From contig DIOR01000019.1 in the NCBI GenBank assembly GCA_002423965.1, positions 41,103 to 105,102 of the forward strand: 64,000 nt of DNA, written 5' to 3'. The stretch's first letter is position 1; the number at the start of each line of letters is the position of its first letter. Position numbers and translations under genes: made by a program. Origin of the DNA: Firmicutes bacterium UBA5509 (lineage in GTDB: Bacteria; Bacillota; Proteinivoracia; UBA4975). Below are positions 1 to 9,060 of this stretch, in pieces. The notes beneath the pieces are model-generated. The model had not been told where the DNA came from. It ran no database searches and saw only the letters and a list, made by a program, of their open reading frames with translations.

Positions 1-1
1 C

Positions 2-364
2 CCTCTCAAACCAATTGGCGTGCCAGCTCACGAGCTGGCCATGATGATGACAATTGCCCTTCGCTTTATTCCCACCCTCTTGGAAGAAGCGGAAAAGATC
101 ATGAAGGCTCAGATGGCTAGGGGAGCAGACTTCGAAAGTGGCAACCTTATCCAACGTGCAAAATCCATGATTCCACTCTTAGTGCCTTTATTCATCAGTT
201 CCTTTCGCCGGGCAGACGACCTGGCCCTAGCAATGGAAGCCAGATGTTATCGGGGAGGCAAGGGAAGGACACGGATGAAGGTCCACAAAATCACCGGCAA
301 GGACTGGGTCACCCTAGTGGCATTTGCCGGAGTGGTGGCGGTATTGCTATGGCTGAAAATATAA
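2..364 (+). CDS. ecfT: ECF transporter transmembrane T component, C-terminal part (5' truncated by window edge)
   Basis: Frame open from base 2; [10 protein letters not shown]...[12 protein letters not shown] and [17 protein letters not shown] are EcfT motifs; usual position upstream of truA-rplM-rpsI. Confidence 0.9.
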   Translation, partial: PLKPIGVPAHELAMMMTIALRFIPTLLEEAEKIMKAQMARGADFESGNLIQRAKSMIPLLVPLFISSFRRADDLALAMEARCYRGGKGRTRMKVHKITGKDWVTLVAFAGVVAVLLWLKI

Positions 365-1128
365 TAAGCAAGGTCGCCTTGACCATTGAGTACGATGGCA
401 CTGCCTATGCCGGTTGGCAGTACCAAGAGAACGCCGATACTATCCAACGGCAACTTGAAGGGGCCTGCCAAAGCCTTTTTGGCGACACTGTCTCACTTCG
501 AGGGGCAAGTCGCACCGATGCTGGTGTCCATGCCCGGGGGCAAGTTGCAGCTTTCAATTTGCCACGGCCCTTTTCCCTAGATAAACTCCCCTCTGCCCTC
601 AATTGGCACCTGCCTGGGGATATTAAGGTGTCAAAGGCCTACCTGGTTCCCAGCGACTTTAATCCTGTTAGCTGGGCCACAGGCAAGATCTATAGTTACT
701 ATATCTTTCAGCGCCGACAAGCAACTGCTCTTGCCGGCAAATACTGCTGGCATATTTCCCGGGAATTAGACATTGCAGCTATGAACAAGGCCGCCAGCTA
801 CTGCATCGGCACCCAGGACTTTATGAGTTTTCAAGCAGCGGGTTCATCTGTTGTCGGTACAGTACGTACGCTGCGCCATTTATTCTGTCGGAAGCAAGGA
901 GATTGGCTGGTCATTACCTGCATTGGCGACGGGTTTTTATACAATATGGTCAGGATCCTGGCGGGAACCCTAGTAGATTTTGGCCTGGGAAAATATCCCC
1001 CAGAAAATATGCAGTCCATTGTTGCCGCTGGGGACCGGCAAGCCGCAGGTCCCACAGCCCCTGCAAATGGATTGTTTCTTCAGAGGGTTCTTTACCGCCC
1101 GTCCCTTGACAGATACCCCCAGCTGTAA
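349..1128 (+). CDS. truA: tRNA pseudouridine(38-40) synthase
   Basis: [22 protein letters not shown] (catalytic Asp), [16 protein letters not shown]; start moved from 244 to ATG 349 overlapping ecfT end. Confidence 0.95.
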   Translation: MAENIISKVALTIEYDGTAYAGWQYQENADTIQRQLEGACQSLFGDTVSLRGASRTDAGVHARGQVAAFNLPRPFSLDKLPSALNWHLPGDIKVSKAYLVPSDFNPVSWATGKIYSYYIFQRRQATALAGKYCWHISRELDIAAMNKAASYCIGTQDFMSFQAAGSSVVGTVRTLRHLFCRKQGDWLVITCIGDGFLYNMVRILAGTLVDFGLGKYPPENMQSIVAAGDRQAAGPTAPANGLFLQRVLYRPSLDRYPQL

Positions 1129-1134
1129 TAGAAT
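1106..1134 (+). promoter_or_regulatory. sigma-A promoter for rplM-rpsI, embedded in truA 3' end
   Basis: TTGACA (1106-1111), 17-nt spacer, TAGAAT (1129-1134). Confidence 0.8.
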
Positions 1135-1146
1135 GGTTCAGGATAA

Positions 1147-1172
1147 TGTTAATCCGAGCCCCGGATATAACA
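1147..1172 (+). ncRNA. Probable L13 leader (ribosomal protein autoregulatory hairpin)
   Basis: Nested hairpin TGTTA-ATCCG-agccc-CGGAT-a-TAACA between promoter and rplM RBS; AGCCCCGGA core resembles Firmicute rplM leaders as I recall them. Confidence 0.45.
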
Positions 1173-1199
1173 GGATCTTTACAAGGAGGAAATAATTAC

Positions 1200-1637
1200 A
1201 TGCGTTCCACTTATATGGCCAAAACTGCTGAGATTGAGCGTAAGTGGCTACTTATTGATGCCCAGGGTAAAACTCTTGGACGTCTAGCTAGTGAAGTCGC
1301 TACTCTTTTGCGGGGGAAACACAAGCCCATCTATACTCCCAACGTAGATACAGGGGACCACGTAGTAATAGTTAACGCAGACAAGGTGGTTGTCACCGGC
1401 AACAAGGCCCAAGACAAAATGTACTATAGTTACTCGGGCTATCCCGGCGGCCTCAGGGCTGTCAACTTTGCCACCTTAATGGAGAAAAGGCCTGATCAAG
1501 CCGTTTACCTTGCTGTAAAGGGCATGCTCCCCCATAATAAGCTGGGTAGGGCCATGCTCAAAAAGCTCCGGGTCTACGCAGGTCCCGAGCACGAACAAAC
1601 TGCCCAACAGCCCGAAAAATGGGAACTCAGAGGTTAA
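1200..1637 (+). CDS. rplM: 50S ribosomal protein L13
   Basis: [41 protein letters not shown]; RBS AAGGAGG before ATG 1200. Confidence 0.98.
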   Translation: MRSTYMAKTAEIERKWLLIDAQGKTLGRLASEVATLLRGKHKPIYTPNVDTGDHVVIVNADKVVVTGNKAQDKMYYSYSGYPGGLRAVNFATLMEKRPDQAVYLAVKGMLPHNKLGRAMLKKLRVYAGPEHEQTAQQPEKWELRG

Positions 1638-1655
1638 GGAAAGGGGGAAGCAATA

Positions 1656-2051
1656 ATGGCTAAACTGCAGTACTACGGAACAGGCCGCAGAAAAGAAGCA
1701 ATTGCCAGAGTTCGCTTGGTTCCAGGCGATGGCAAGATTGTAATCAATAAGCGGGACATCGATCAATACTTTGGCGGTCTTGAGGTCCTTAAACTCATCG
1801 TTGCCCAGCCCTTAGTAGCCACACAGACCAATGGCAGATTTGATGTCCTGGTCAATGTCCATGGCGGCGGCATCAGCGGTCAAGCGGGTGCAATTCGCCA
1901 CGGCGTAGCTCGTGCCCTACTGAAAGTCGACGGCGAACTTCGCCCCATCCTGAAAAAAGCCGGCTACCTTACCCGGGATCCCAGGATGAAAGAGCGGAAA
2001 AAATACGGTCTCAAAGCCGCACGTCGGGCCCCACAATTCTCAAAACGTTAA
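1656..2051 (+). CDS. rpsI: 30S ribosomal protein S9
   Basis: [47 protein letters not shown]. Confidence 0.98.
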   Translation: MAKLQYYGTGRRKEAIARVRLVPGDGKIVINKRDIDQYFGGLEVLKLIVAQPLVATQTNGRFDVLVNVHGGGISGQAGAIRHGVARALLKVDGELRPILKKAGYLTRDPRMKERKKYGLKAARRAPQFSKR

Positions 2052-2057
2052 GACCAG

Positions 2058-2085
2058 AACACCTGCACTTTGCAGGTGTTTTTTT
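2058..2085 (+). terminator. Rho-independent terminator of rplM-rpsI
   Basis: AACACCTGCA-ctt-TGCAGGTGTT followed by T run. Confidence 0.9.
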
Positions 2086-2120
2086 GTTACAGCGTACCAT
2101 CCCCGGTGTCCTGCCTGGGG

Positions 2121-2129
2121 CATATACTA
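2121..2129 (+). promoter_or_regulatory. Candidate mother-cell sigma-E/sigma-K -10 element
   Basis: CATATACTA ~24 nt upstream of the yheC/D-like start; fits CATAcAnT / CATAnnnTA consensus. Confidence 0.5.
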
Positions 2130-2152
2130 ATAGGGCCGGGAGGTGGCAGTGA

Positions 2153-3241
2153 ATGGAAGGTGAATTTACTGTAGGAGTGCTGATTAGCCCAATCCGGATA
2201 AGGCGCTTGCGGGAAAATGATATCCCTAGGTCTTTATTGCTATTGCTGGCTGCCAGCAAAATTGCTGGAGTAAGATTATTATTCTTTGCCATAGAAGATG
2301 TCGACTTAAGCACCCGGACGGTACAAGGATGGTCTTTTCTTAATGACGCTTGGGTACGGCGTATTTCTCCATACCCTAAAGCAATCTATCTACGCAGTAG
2401 CTACTCTCGTCGCAACAACAGACTGCGGGAAAATTTCTTTCTGCAGTTGGAAAGGCAAGGAACTGTTTTCATCAATTATCCCCTGCGAATGGACAAATGG
2501 GAGATGTACAAATGCCTGGCATCCAATTCCGATCTGGAGAAATTTGTACCTCCCACCTGGCCCATTCGCAGTTCTGAGGAAATCAAATCTCTTCTTGAGC
2601 TACACCAGGTCCTATATATAAAGGCCTGCCTCGGCGGCCGCGGAAAATTGGTGATGCGAGTAGAAAAGTTGAACACAGGGGAGTATTACTTCACCAGGTA
2701 CGACAGGGGTTTAAAGTCCGGGAGATTGCATTGGAATGCCCTGGTGCAAGAAATAACAGGTTTTTTTAATCAAAGTAAAGTTATTGTCCAAAAGGAAATC
2801 TCCCTTATCCAAGTGGGAGGGTGCAATGTAGATTTTAGAGCGGAGTTATATCGGAATCGGGAAAAGTTGCCTAAAATATGTGGAATTCCAGTGCGAATTG
2901 GGCAGCCTGGTTCCCCGATTACTACTCATTCCCTCAGCATGTCCCTGGAGGATTTTTGTACCCAATATCCCCTTGTGAAATATGATGAATTTTTTAAAAG
3001 GGCAGAGGACTTTTTAACTAAAACCTACATGGCCCTAGAAAATTGTTTTGGTGAAAGTGGTGAAATGGGAATTGACTTTGGCCTGGATATAAGTGGAAGG
3101 CTGTGGTTTATTGAGGTAAACTCCCACTCTGCAAAGGTTTCCTTGTATAATAGCTATAGCGATGAGGTCTTAATTCAGTCCTATCAGGGGATGCTGGCCT
3201 ATGCCAGGGAACGAGTCAATATCTTGCTTCTTAAAACTTAA
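2153..3241 (+). CDS. YheC/YheD family endospore-coat-associated ATP-grasp protein
   Basis: DKWEMYKCL, LYIKACLGGRGK, VQKEISL, DFRA, EMGIDFGLDISGRLWFIEVNS. Confidence 0.85.
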   Translation: MEGEFTVGVLISPIRIRRLRENDIPRSLLLLLAASKIAGVRLLFFAIEDVDLSTRTVQGWSFLNDAWVRRISPYPKAIYLRSSYSRRNNRLRENFFLQLERQGTVFINYPLRMDKWEMYKCLASNSDLEKFVPPTWPIRSSEEIKSLLELHQVLYIKACLGGRGKLVMRVEKLNTGEYYFTRYDRGLKSGRLHWNALVQEITGFFNQSKVIVQKEISLIQVGGCNVDFRAELYRNREKLPKICGIPVRIGQPGSPITTHSLSMSLEDFCTQYPLVKYDEFFKRAEDFLTKTYMALENCFGESGEMGIDFGLDISGRLWFIEVNSHSAKVSLYNSYSDEVLIQSYQGMLAYARERVNILLLKT

Positions 3242-3329
3242 AGCATACTTTATACTCTTTGGGTATACCCATTAGTAAAAAACTGATAAAATAGACACAG
3301 AGTATTTCGCACCAACAATAAGGGAGTGT

Positions 3330-4067
3330 ATGCCCATGATTGAAATCATGGAACTAAGCAAGAACTTTAAGAAGATCCTTGCTGTTGACGCCATTAACTT
3401 TCATGTAGCCAAGGGAGAGATTGTCGGCTTGGTGGGAGAGAATGGCGCCGGTAAAACCACCACCCTGCGCATGCTGGCGACGATGTTAAAACCTAGTAGC
3501 GGCACCGCAACCGTTGCGGGGTATGATATCGTCAGCCAGTCAAGCCAAGTCCGCGGAGAAATCGGCATCCTCTTCGGTGGCGAGGTAGGCCTTTATGATC
3601 GGCTCACCGGCAGGGAGAACATAGGGTATTTTGCTGCCCTCAACGGCATGACCAGTGCCGAAACCGCTGCCAGTATAGACGAACTCATTGGGCTATTGGA
3701 TATGGAGGAATATATAGACCGCCGTGTTGGAAAATTCTCCCGGGGCATGAAACAAAAAGTCGCCATTGCCCGCTCCATTGTGCACCAGCCCTCTGTCATG
3801 TTCTTTGACGAACCCACTGCAGGCTTGGACGTTTCCGCTACCAGAATTGTTCAGGACTTTATCCTTCATTGTAAACAGGAAGAAAAGGCCATTATTTTTT
3901 CCAGCCATAGTATGTCTGAGGTGGAGAAGCTTTGTGACCGCCTAGTGATAATACACAAGGGTGAAATTATTGAAGATGGAACAGTGTCACAGTTAAAAGC
4001 TAAATTCGGCAATGACAATCTAGAAGATGTCTTTGTGCAGATGGTAGGTGATTCTAATGGGAACTAA
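3330..4067 (+). CDS. natA: ABC transporter ATP-binding protein, NatA-like (Na+ extrusion family)
   Basis: GENGAGKTT, FSRGMKQK signature, FFDEPT, SSH. Confidence 0.8.
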   Translation: MPMIEIMELSKNFKKILAVDAINFHVAKGEIVGLVGENGAGKTTTLRMLATMLKPSSGTATVAGYDIVSQSSQVRGEIGILFGGEVGLYDRLTGRENIGYFAALNGMTSAETAASIDELIGLLDMEEYIDRRVGKFSRGMKQKVAIARSIVHQPSVMFFDEPTAGLDVSATRIVQDFILHCKQEEKAIIFSSHSMSEVEKLCDRLVIIHKGEIIEDGTVSQLKAKFGNDNLEDVFVQMVGDSNGN

Positions 4068-5238
4068 AGTAATAAAGCTGGTATTCCTCAAGGAGCTTAA
4101 AGATATCTTTAGGGACAGAAAGACCATCCTTATGAGCCTTGTAATCCCCTTGGTAATTTTCCCGTTGCTCTTTTACTTTATGGGGAGCAGCATGGATCGG
4201 TCCGCTAAACAAGTGGAGGATAACTTAACTGTCACCATCGTCGATAGTGGCAACAGCTCCCTTAGTCAGTATTTTGGGGGAGTGGAGGAAGTGAAACTGG
4301 TTGAGTCCTCTGATATTAGAGCAGACATAAGAACAGGTAGGATCCTTGCCGCCATAGAGATTCCTGACACCTTTGACGAAGACATCCTAGCTGAAATACC
4401 AACTAACCTGGTCATCCACTACGATAACGCCAGCCAGTCTTCTCAGATGGCCTACACCGTCCTTAGCAGCATGATTGAGGGTTACTCGAAGACCGTTGTG
4501 GCCCAACGTTTACTTGCCAGGGACATCAGTGACGATATCCTTACTCCGGTGGTAATAGATTCCCGGACTACAGTAGCTGAAGAGGAAGGCTTTGGCAAAT
4601 TAATGCTTTCGATGCTCCTTCCCTTGATGCTAGTAATCTTCAGTATTTCAGGGCCCATGGGTGTAGCTGTCGACTTGGGTGCTGGCGAGAAAGAAAGAGG
4701 GACATTAGAACCCTTGCTGACCACCCAAACTGGGCGGCTCTCCCTGCTTTGGGGAAAGTTCTTTGCCATTACCGTCATGGGCTTGTTAAGCACCATCTCT
4801 TCACTTATAGGGCTCCTCATTTCCATGAGACAATCAGGGGGCTTGTTTCAAGGGTCTGCAGTGACTCTTGAACCCGTCACCATAGTGCTAATTGGTTTGG
4901 TGACCTTGCTGCTGACAATGTTCTTTGGCGCATTGGAACTGTCTATAAGCATTTACGCCCGTTCCTTCAAAGAAGCCCAGACATATATCTCTCCTTTGAT
5001 GTTGGTCTCCTTTATACCCACCTATGCAACCTACCTTATAGACGCAAAAAATATTGATACTTATTTTTTCCACATCCCCCTAGCCAACATCACTTGTCTT
5101 CTCAAGGAATTCTTGGCGGGAATTTATGATTTGTCTCACATTGCCATTACCTTTTCCTGGATCATCATCTACATTATCGCCGCGGTCCTCTTTGCCCGCT
5201 ACATGTTTAGCAAAGAAGAGGTTATCTTCCGGACATAA
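4057..5238 (+). CDS. natB: ABC-2 type permease, NatB-like
   Basis: KELKDIFRDRKT start, AGEKERGTLEPLL, SFKEAQTY, multiple TM segments; ATG 4057 after AGGTG. Confidence 0.8.
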   Translation: MGTKVIKLVFLKELKDIFRDRKTILMSLVIPLVIFPLLFYFMGSSMDRSAKQVEDNLTVTIVDSGNSSLSQYFGGVEEVKLVESSDIRADIRTGRILAAIEIPDTFDEDILAEIPTNLVIHYDNASQSSQMAYTVLSSMIEGYSKTVVAQRLLARDISDDILTPVVIDSRTTVAEEEGFGKLMLSMLLPLMLVIFSISGPMGVAVDLGAGEKERGTLEPLLTTQTGRLSLLWGKFFAITVMGLLSTISSLIGLLISMRQSGGLFQGSAVTLEPVTIVLIGLVTLLLTMFFGALELSISIYARSFKEAQTYISPLMLVSFIPTYATYLIDAKNIDTYFFHIPLANITCLLKEFLAGIYDLSHIAITFSWIIIYIIAAVLFARYMFSKEEVIFRT

Positions 5239-5248
5239 TAAGTTTTGT

Positions 5249-5273
5249 AAAGGCCGCCCAGGAGGCGGCCTTT
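5249..5273 (+). terminator. Terminator hairpin after natAB
   Basis: AAAGGCCGCC-cagga-GGCGGCCTTT. Confidence 0.75.
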
Positions 5274-5315
5274 GTAATAGGGCAGAGATTCCCGGAATCC
5301 CTGGCAAACACAGGA

Positions 5316-5324
5316 CATATACTA
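5316..5324 (+). promoter_or_regulatory. Candidate sigma-E/sigma-K -10 element upstream of cwlD
   Basis: CATATACTA, identical to the element at 2121. Confidence 0.5.
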
Positions 5325-5342
5325 GGTTAAGGGGGGCTGCCC

Positions 5343-6056
5343 ATGACTAATGAACGCTTACGGAAGACTATATATACCAAATTGGCTGCTGCCTTGGCTC
5401 TGGCCTTGATGTTGGCCATCGTTTCCGTTTTCGATCGTGGGTCCATGCCCATTACTGGGATGCCGGGGGGAACCTTGGCACCGGGGGTAGTAATTGACCC
5501 GGGCCATGGGGGATATGACGGCGGTGCCCAATGGGGGGACGTTCTTGAAAAAGACATCAACTTGGAGATTTCCTTACATCTTCGGGAAATACTCCTTGCG
5601 GGTGGGTACCGGGTAGCAATGACCCGGTATCGGGATTACAGTTTAGTTGAACAGGCCAGGACAAAGAAGCGGGAAGATATGATCAGGCGCCTGGCAATTA
5701 TAGAAAACAAAGCTCCCGACCTACTCATTGTAGTTCACTGCAATTCAATGGCCTCCACCCGCTGGTCAGGGGGGCAGATTTTCAGCCAACATGAATCGGA
5801 AAAAGGTCTGGAGCTTGCCAAGGCTATCCAGGACTATTTTCGGGAGTTCTCGGCAACAACTCGTTTTGCTAGTACTCTAGACCATTTCTTATTGCGGGAA
5901 AGCAATATAACCGGGTGCTTGGTGGAAGCCGGATTCATCTCAAATGCCAAGGACAGAGAACTCCTTCAACAATCAAATTATCAGCGAAAAATTGCATCAG
6001 CAGTTTGGCTGGGAATGGAGAAGTATCGTCATCAGCAAAGACAGATAGAGCCCTAA
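5343..6056 (+). CDS. cwlD: N-acetylmuramoyl-L-alanine amidase (Amidase_3), CwlD-like spore cortex amidase
   Basis: N-terminal TM, IDPGHGGYDGG, EKDINL, VHCNS, LVEAGFISN; position shortly after rpsI is the usual cwlD locus. Confidence 0.75.
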   Translation: MTNERLRKTIYTKLAAALALALMLAIVSVFDRGSMPITGMPGGTLAPGVVIDPGHGGYDGGAQWGDVLEKDINLEISLHLREILLAGGYRVAMTRYRDYSLVEQARTKKREDMIRRLAIIENKAPDLLIVVHCNSMASTRWSGGQIFSQHESEKGLELAKAIQDYFREFSATTRFASTLDHFLLRESNITGCLVEAGFISNAKDRELLQQSNYQRKIASAVWLGMEKYRHQQRQIEP

Positions 6057-6074
6057 GGCCCTATCTTTTTTTTT
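6043..6074 (+). terminator. Terminator after cwlD
   Basis: AGATAG..CTATCT imperfect stem followed by a long T run. Confidence 0.65.
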
Positions 6075-6141
6075 ACGCTTGTGCAGGAAATTTTGCACCT
6101 AATGGCCAATATATAAGGAGAAGGATTGGGAGGAGATTGAG

Positions 6142-7779
6142 ATGATGAACTTGGCTAGACTTGCTTCCGGTATGCCGGCTATTATCATACTTGACGACAA
6201 GGATATTGTCTGTCATGTCGGCAATAACCTGGAGGAGGTTATTGGGAAAAAAGAAATTATCTTAGGAAAGCCCCTGCCTGAAGAGCTCTTGGGTTGGCGT
6301 CAGGAGAACCCTTGGGAGACAGAATTAAATGGACGTAGCGTCAGTCTTGTCTCTGAAGCTTGGACAGACTATACCCTCTTGCTGATTAGCGATAGCCAGG
6401 GTGCCTATTCTGGTGCCGCCACCATTCTCAACTCTATTGACGAAGGTATTCATGTAGTCAACAAGGATGGTCAGACAGTCTTTTATAACCCCACCATGGC
6501 TAAGATGGAGGGGATGGACTACAATCAGGTAATTAACTCCGATGTCCTGGCCCTCTTCCCTTCCCTGACCCCAGAGACCAGCACTATTCTCCGAGCCCTG
6601 CGCACTAGGGAGCCGGTTTATGACCAAGTGCAGACCTATTATAATAACAAGGGCCAGCGCATCACTTCTTTAAACAGCACCATTCCTTTGTGGAACGGTA
6701 GGGACTTCATCGGCGTGCTGGAAGTGGCCAAGGATGTTACCCGCATGGAGGATTTGGCCCTGAAAGTAGTGGATTTGCAGCAGCGTCTGTACAAGCGCCA
6801 TAAGGGCATGGAGGAGCAGGCTAAACTGTATAATTTCAACGACATTGTCGGCAATAGCCCTGCCCTGCGCCTTCCCTTAGAAATTGCCCGCCGGGCCGCA
6901 AGAACAACTTCACCGGTGCTGATTTACGGCGAAACGGGCACCGGCAAGGAATTGGTTGCCCAAAGTATTCATCAGTTAAGTGATCGGGAAGACAAGCCAT
7001 TTATCGCTCAAAACTGTGCAGCTCTACCCGGCACATTACTAGAAGGGATACTTTTTGGCACAGTAAAGGGCAGCTTTACTGGTGCCATCGACCGCCCCGG
7101 CCTCATTGAACAAGCTGCTGGGGGCACTTTGCTTTTGGACGAAATAAACTCCATGGATATCGACCTTCAGGCCAAACTTCTGCGGGTATTACAGGAACAT
7201 CGGGTGCGCCGGGTGGGAGGTCTAAAGGAAATCACAGTCGATGTCCGCATCATTGCCACCACCAACACCCAACCAAAGGTGGCTGTAAGCCAGGGCAGCA
7301 TTCGCCAAGATTTGTATTATCGCTTGGCGGTGGTCAACATAAATTTGCCTCCGCTAAGCCAGCGCCGGGAGGATATTCCCTTGCTCTGCAGGCACTTTGT
7401 CGATAAGTACAACCGCAAATTTGAATTGGCTATTCAAGGGGTAGCTCCTGAAAGTATGGAAATCTTTTATGCCCATCTTTGGCCGGGAAATGTCAGGGAG
7501 CTGGAGCATGTCATTGAGGGGGCCATGAATATTATTGGGGAAGAAGAATACTACATCGACATCCGCCATTTGCCGCCAAACATGGTTCCCCAACCGCCCA
7601 TGGACCGCAACCTGACTGAACTAGATAACTGCACCCTTCCAGAAGCTGTTGACCTGGTAGAGCGTGGGATGATTAAGCGGGCCATGGGCCAAACAGCGGG
7701 GAATATTACCCGGGCCGCTAGGCTGCTGGGCATTACCCGCCAATCCCTGCAATACAAACTCAGTAAGATCAAAGATTAA
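6142..7779 (+). CDS. rocR: PAS-domain sigma-54-dependent enhancer-binding activator, RocR-like
   Basis: PAS (ILNSIDEGIHVVN), GETGTGKE, NCAA, GSFTGA, LLDEI, WPGNVRELEHVIE, C-terminal Fis HTH (GNITRAARLLGITRQSLQYK); near ornithine/arginine genes. Confidence 0.8.
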   Translation: MMNLARLASGMPAIIILDDKDIVCHVGNNLEEVIGKKEIILGKPLPEELLGWRQENPWETELNGRSVSLVSEAWTDYTLLLISDSQGAYSGAATILNSIDEGIHVVNKDGQTVFYNPTMAKMEGMDYNQVINSDVLALFPSLTPETSTILRALRTREPVYDQVQTYYNNKGQRITSLNSTIPLWNGRDFIGVLEVAKDVTRMEDLALKVVDLQQRLYKRHKGMEEQAKLYNFNDIVGNSPALRLPLEIARRAARTTSPVLIYGETGTGKELVAQSIHQLSDREDKPFIAQNCAALPGTLLEGILFGTVKGSFTGAIDRPGLIEQAAGGTLLLDEINSMDIDLQAKLLRVLQEHRVRRVGGLKEITVDVRIIATTNTQPKVAVSQGSIRQDLYYRLAVVNINLPPLSQRREDIPLLCRHFVDKYNRKFELAIQGVAPESMEIFYAHLWPGNVRELEHVIEGAMNIIGEEEYYIDIRHLPPNMVPQPPMDRNLTELDNCTLPEAVDLVERGMIKRAMGQTAGNITRAARLLGITRQSLQYKLSKIKD

Positions 7780-7781
7780 AA

Positions 7782-7801
7782 GGCAGTCCTCCGGGACTGC
7801 C
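7782..7801. terminator. Hairpin between convergent rocR and FAD oxidoreductase genes
   Basis: GGCAGTCC-tccg-GGACTGCC. Confidence 0.65.
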
Positions 7802-7853
7802 GTATTCTGGCATCACTATTGTCAACCTCGGAAATTCTTTTACTCCCTTTAGA

Positions 7854-8921
7854 TTACTGAATAATGTCAATGCTCATGAGACCTGAACCCATAGCCAGCC
7901 TTCGCAAGGGAGGCCAATACATGGCAGGGCTCTTAGCTCGTTTCCCTAAGATATTAAATTTCAAACTTTTAGATAGACATCGATATCGTCCAAAGGCCCC
8001 TTCATGGCCTTGCTCCAGAGCCTGGGAAAGGACAAGAGCACTGCGAAAGGCGTAGCTGATGCCCTCAGCTGAGCTGGGGCTTATCCAGCCCGCTGCTTCG
8101 CCAATGAGGACAACCTGATTCTCTCCCCCATATAGTGTGCCATGACCCATGGGTCGCAGTAGGGAGGTTCCCTGACGGCGTACACTGCAACCTAAATCAA
8201 AGCCATGGTTCCCGAGTTTTTTCAGCAACAGTTCAAATCGAGAAAGGACATTTGGGCCTGCAGGGATGGCTGCTCCAACCAACAGCTTGTCGTCCTTGGG
8301 AATCATCCAGGAATAAAAATCGGTGATTGCCGGATCAAATACCGCTGTATAATATGGCAAAGCCTTGCTAACTGCAAAGGATTGCTGCACTGCAACATAT
8401 AATCCAGCGGAGGGACTGTGACCTAGTTTTCGGCGCACCCCCGACTGAGCACCGTCAGCTCCCACTAATATTCGACCAGTAGCATTCTTCTCCTTTCCCT
8501 GCCAGAGGAAGCTAACCTCAACACCTTTCTCATCCCTACGAAAGTCTAAAAACTGTGCCCCCCACCTCCCCTCAACTCCTGGTGGAAGAAGAGAAATGAG
8601 CCAGCGGTCAAAGGACTCACGTTTGACGTTAATATAATTCCGAGGGTAAAAGCGCTCTTGCCCAGTTGCCAAGTCGATGGCTCGAACGGCAAAGAGTTGG
8701 GGGCTGGCCAAGACCGCCTTGGGCAATCCCAAACCGAAACGAGCCAACATTACTTGGGCATCAGGGGCCAGCAAGCCGCCACAACATTTTTCCAGGCTTC
8801 CAGGGGTAGCTACCAGATCCCGTTGGTCCAAGATCAAAACCTTCATCCTATCCCCTAGCAACCTGGCCAGGGTAGCTCCAGCTGGACCGCCGCCGACAAT
8901 AATTACATCATACATAATCAT
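7854..8921 (-). CDS. FAD-dependent oxidoreductase, CbrA/geranylgeranyl-reductase-like
   Basis: IIVGGGPAG, KCCGGLL, VGADGAQS, LIGEAAGWISPSSAEGISYA. Confidence 0.8.
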   Translation of the reverse strand: MIMYDVIIVGGGPAGATLARLLGDRMKVLILDQRDLVATPGSLEKCCGGLLAPDAQVMLARFGLGLPKAVLASPQLFAVRAIDLATGQERFYPRNYINVKRESFDRWLISLLPPGVEGRWGAQFLDFRRDEKGVEVSFLWQGKEKNATGRILVGADGAQSGVRRKLGHSPSAGLYVAVQQSFAVSKALPYYTAVFDPAITDFYSWMIPKDDKLLVGAAIPAGPNVLSRFELLLKKLGNHGFDLGCSVRRQGTSLLRPMGHGTLYGGENQVVLIGEAAGWISPSSAEGISYAFRSALVLSQALEQGHEGAFGRYRCLSKSLKFNILGKRAKSPAMYWPPLRRLAMGSGLMSIDIIQ

Positions 8922-9060
8922 ACCTCCGGTTACTTTCTCTCCACAAAGATATATTCGCTTTTCCCAGTCGAAACTCCTATTACAAACAAATTAAAGCCCT
9001 CACCCCTTTTTTTTACAGAGTATCGACGAATATATTATTAAAGAAGAAAGGAGGGAAGAA

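Noticed and set aside
244-348. N-terminal extensions given by the ORF track (also 1146, 13231, 38374, 40304, 45319, 58882)
   Set aside because: They overlap upstream genes or regulatory RNA; downstream starts have proper RBS and match family N-termini
7808-7822. TGGCAT-CACTA-TTGT as a second sigma-54 promoter
   Set aside because: The -12 GC is GT and there is no + strand gene downstream
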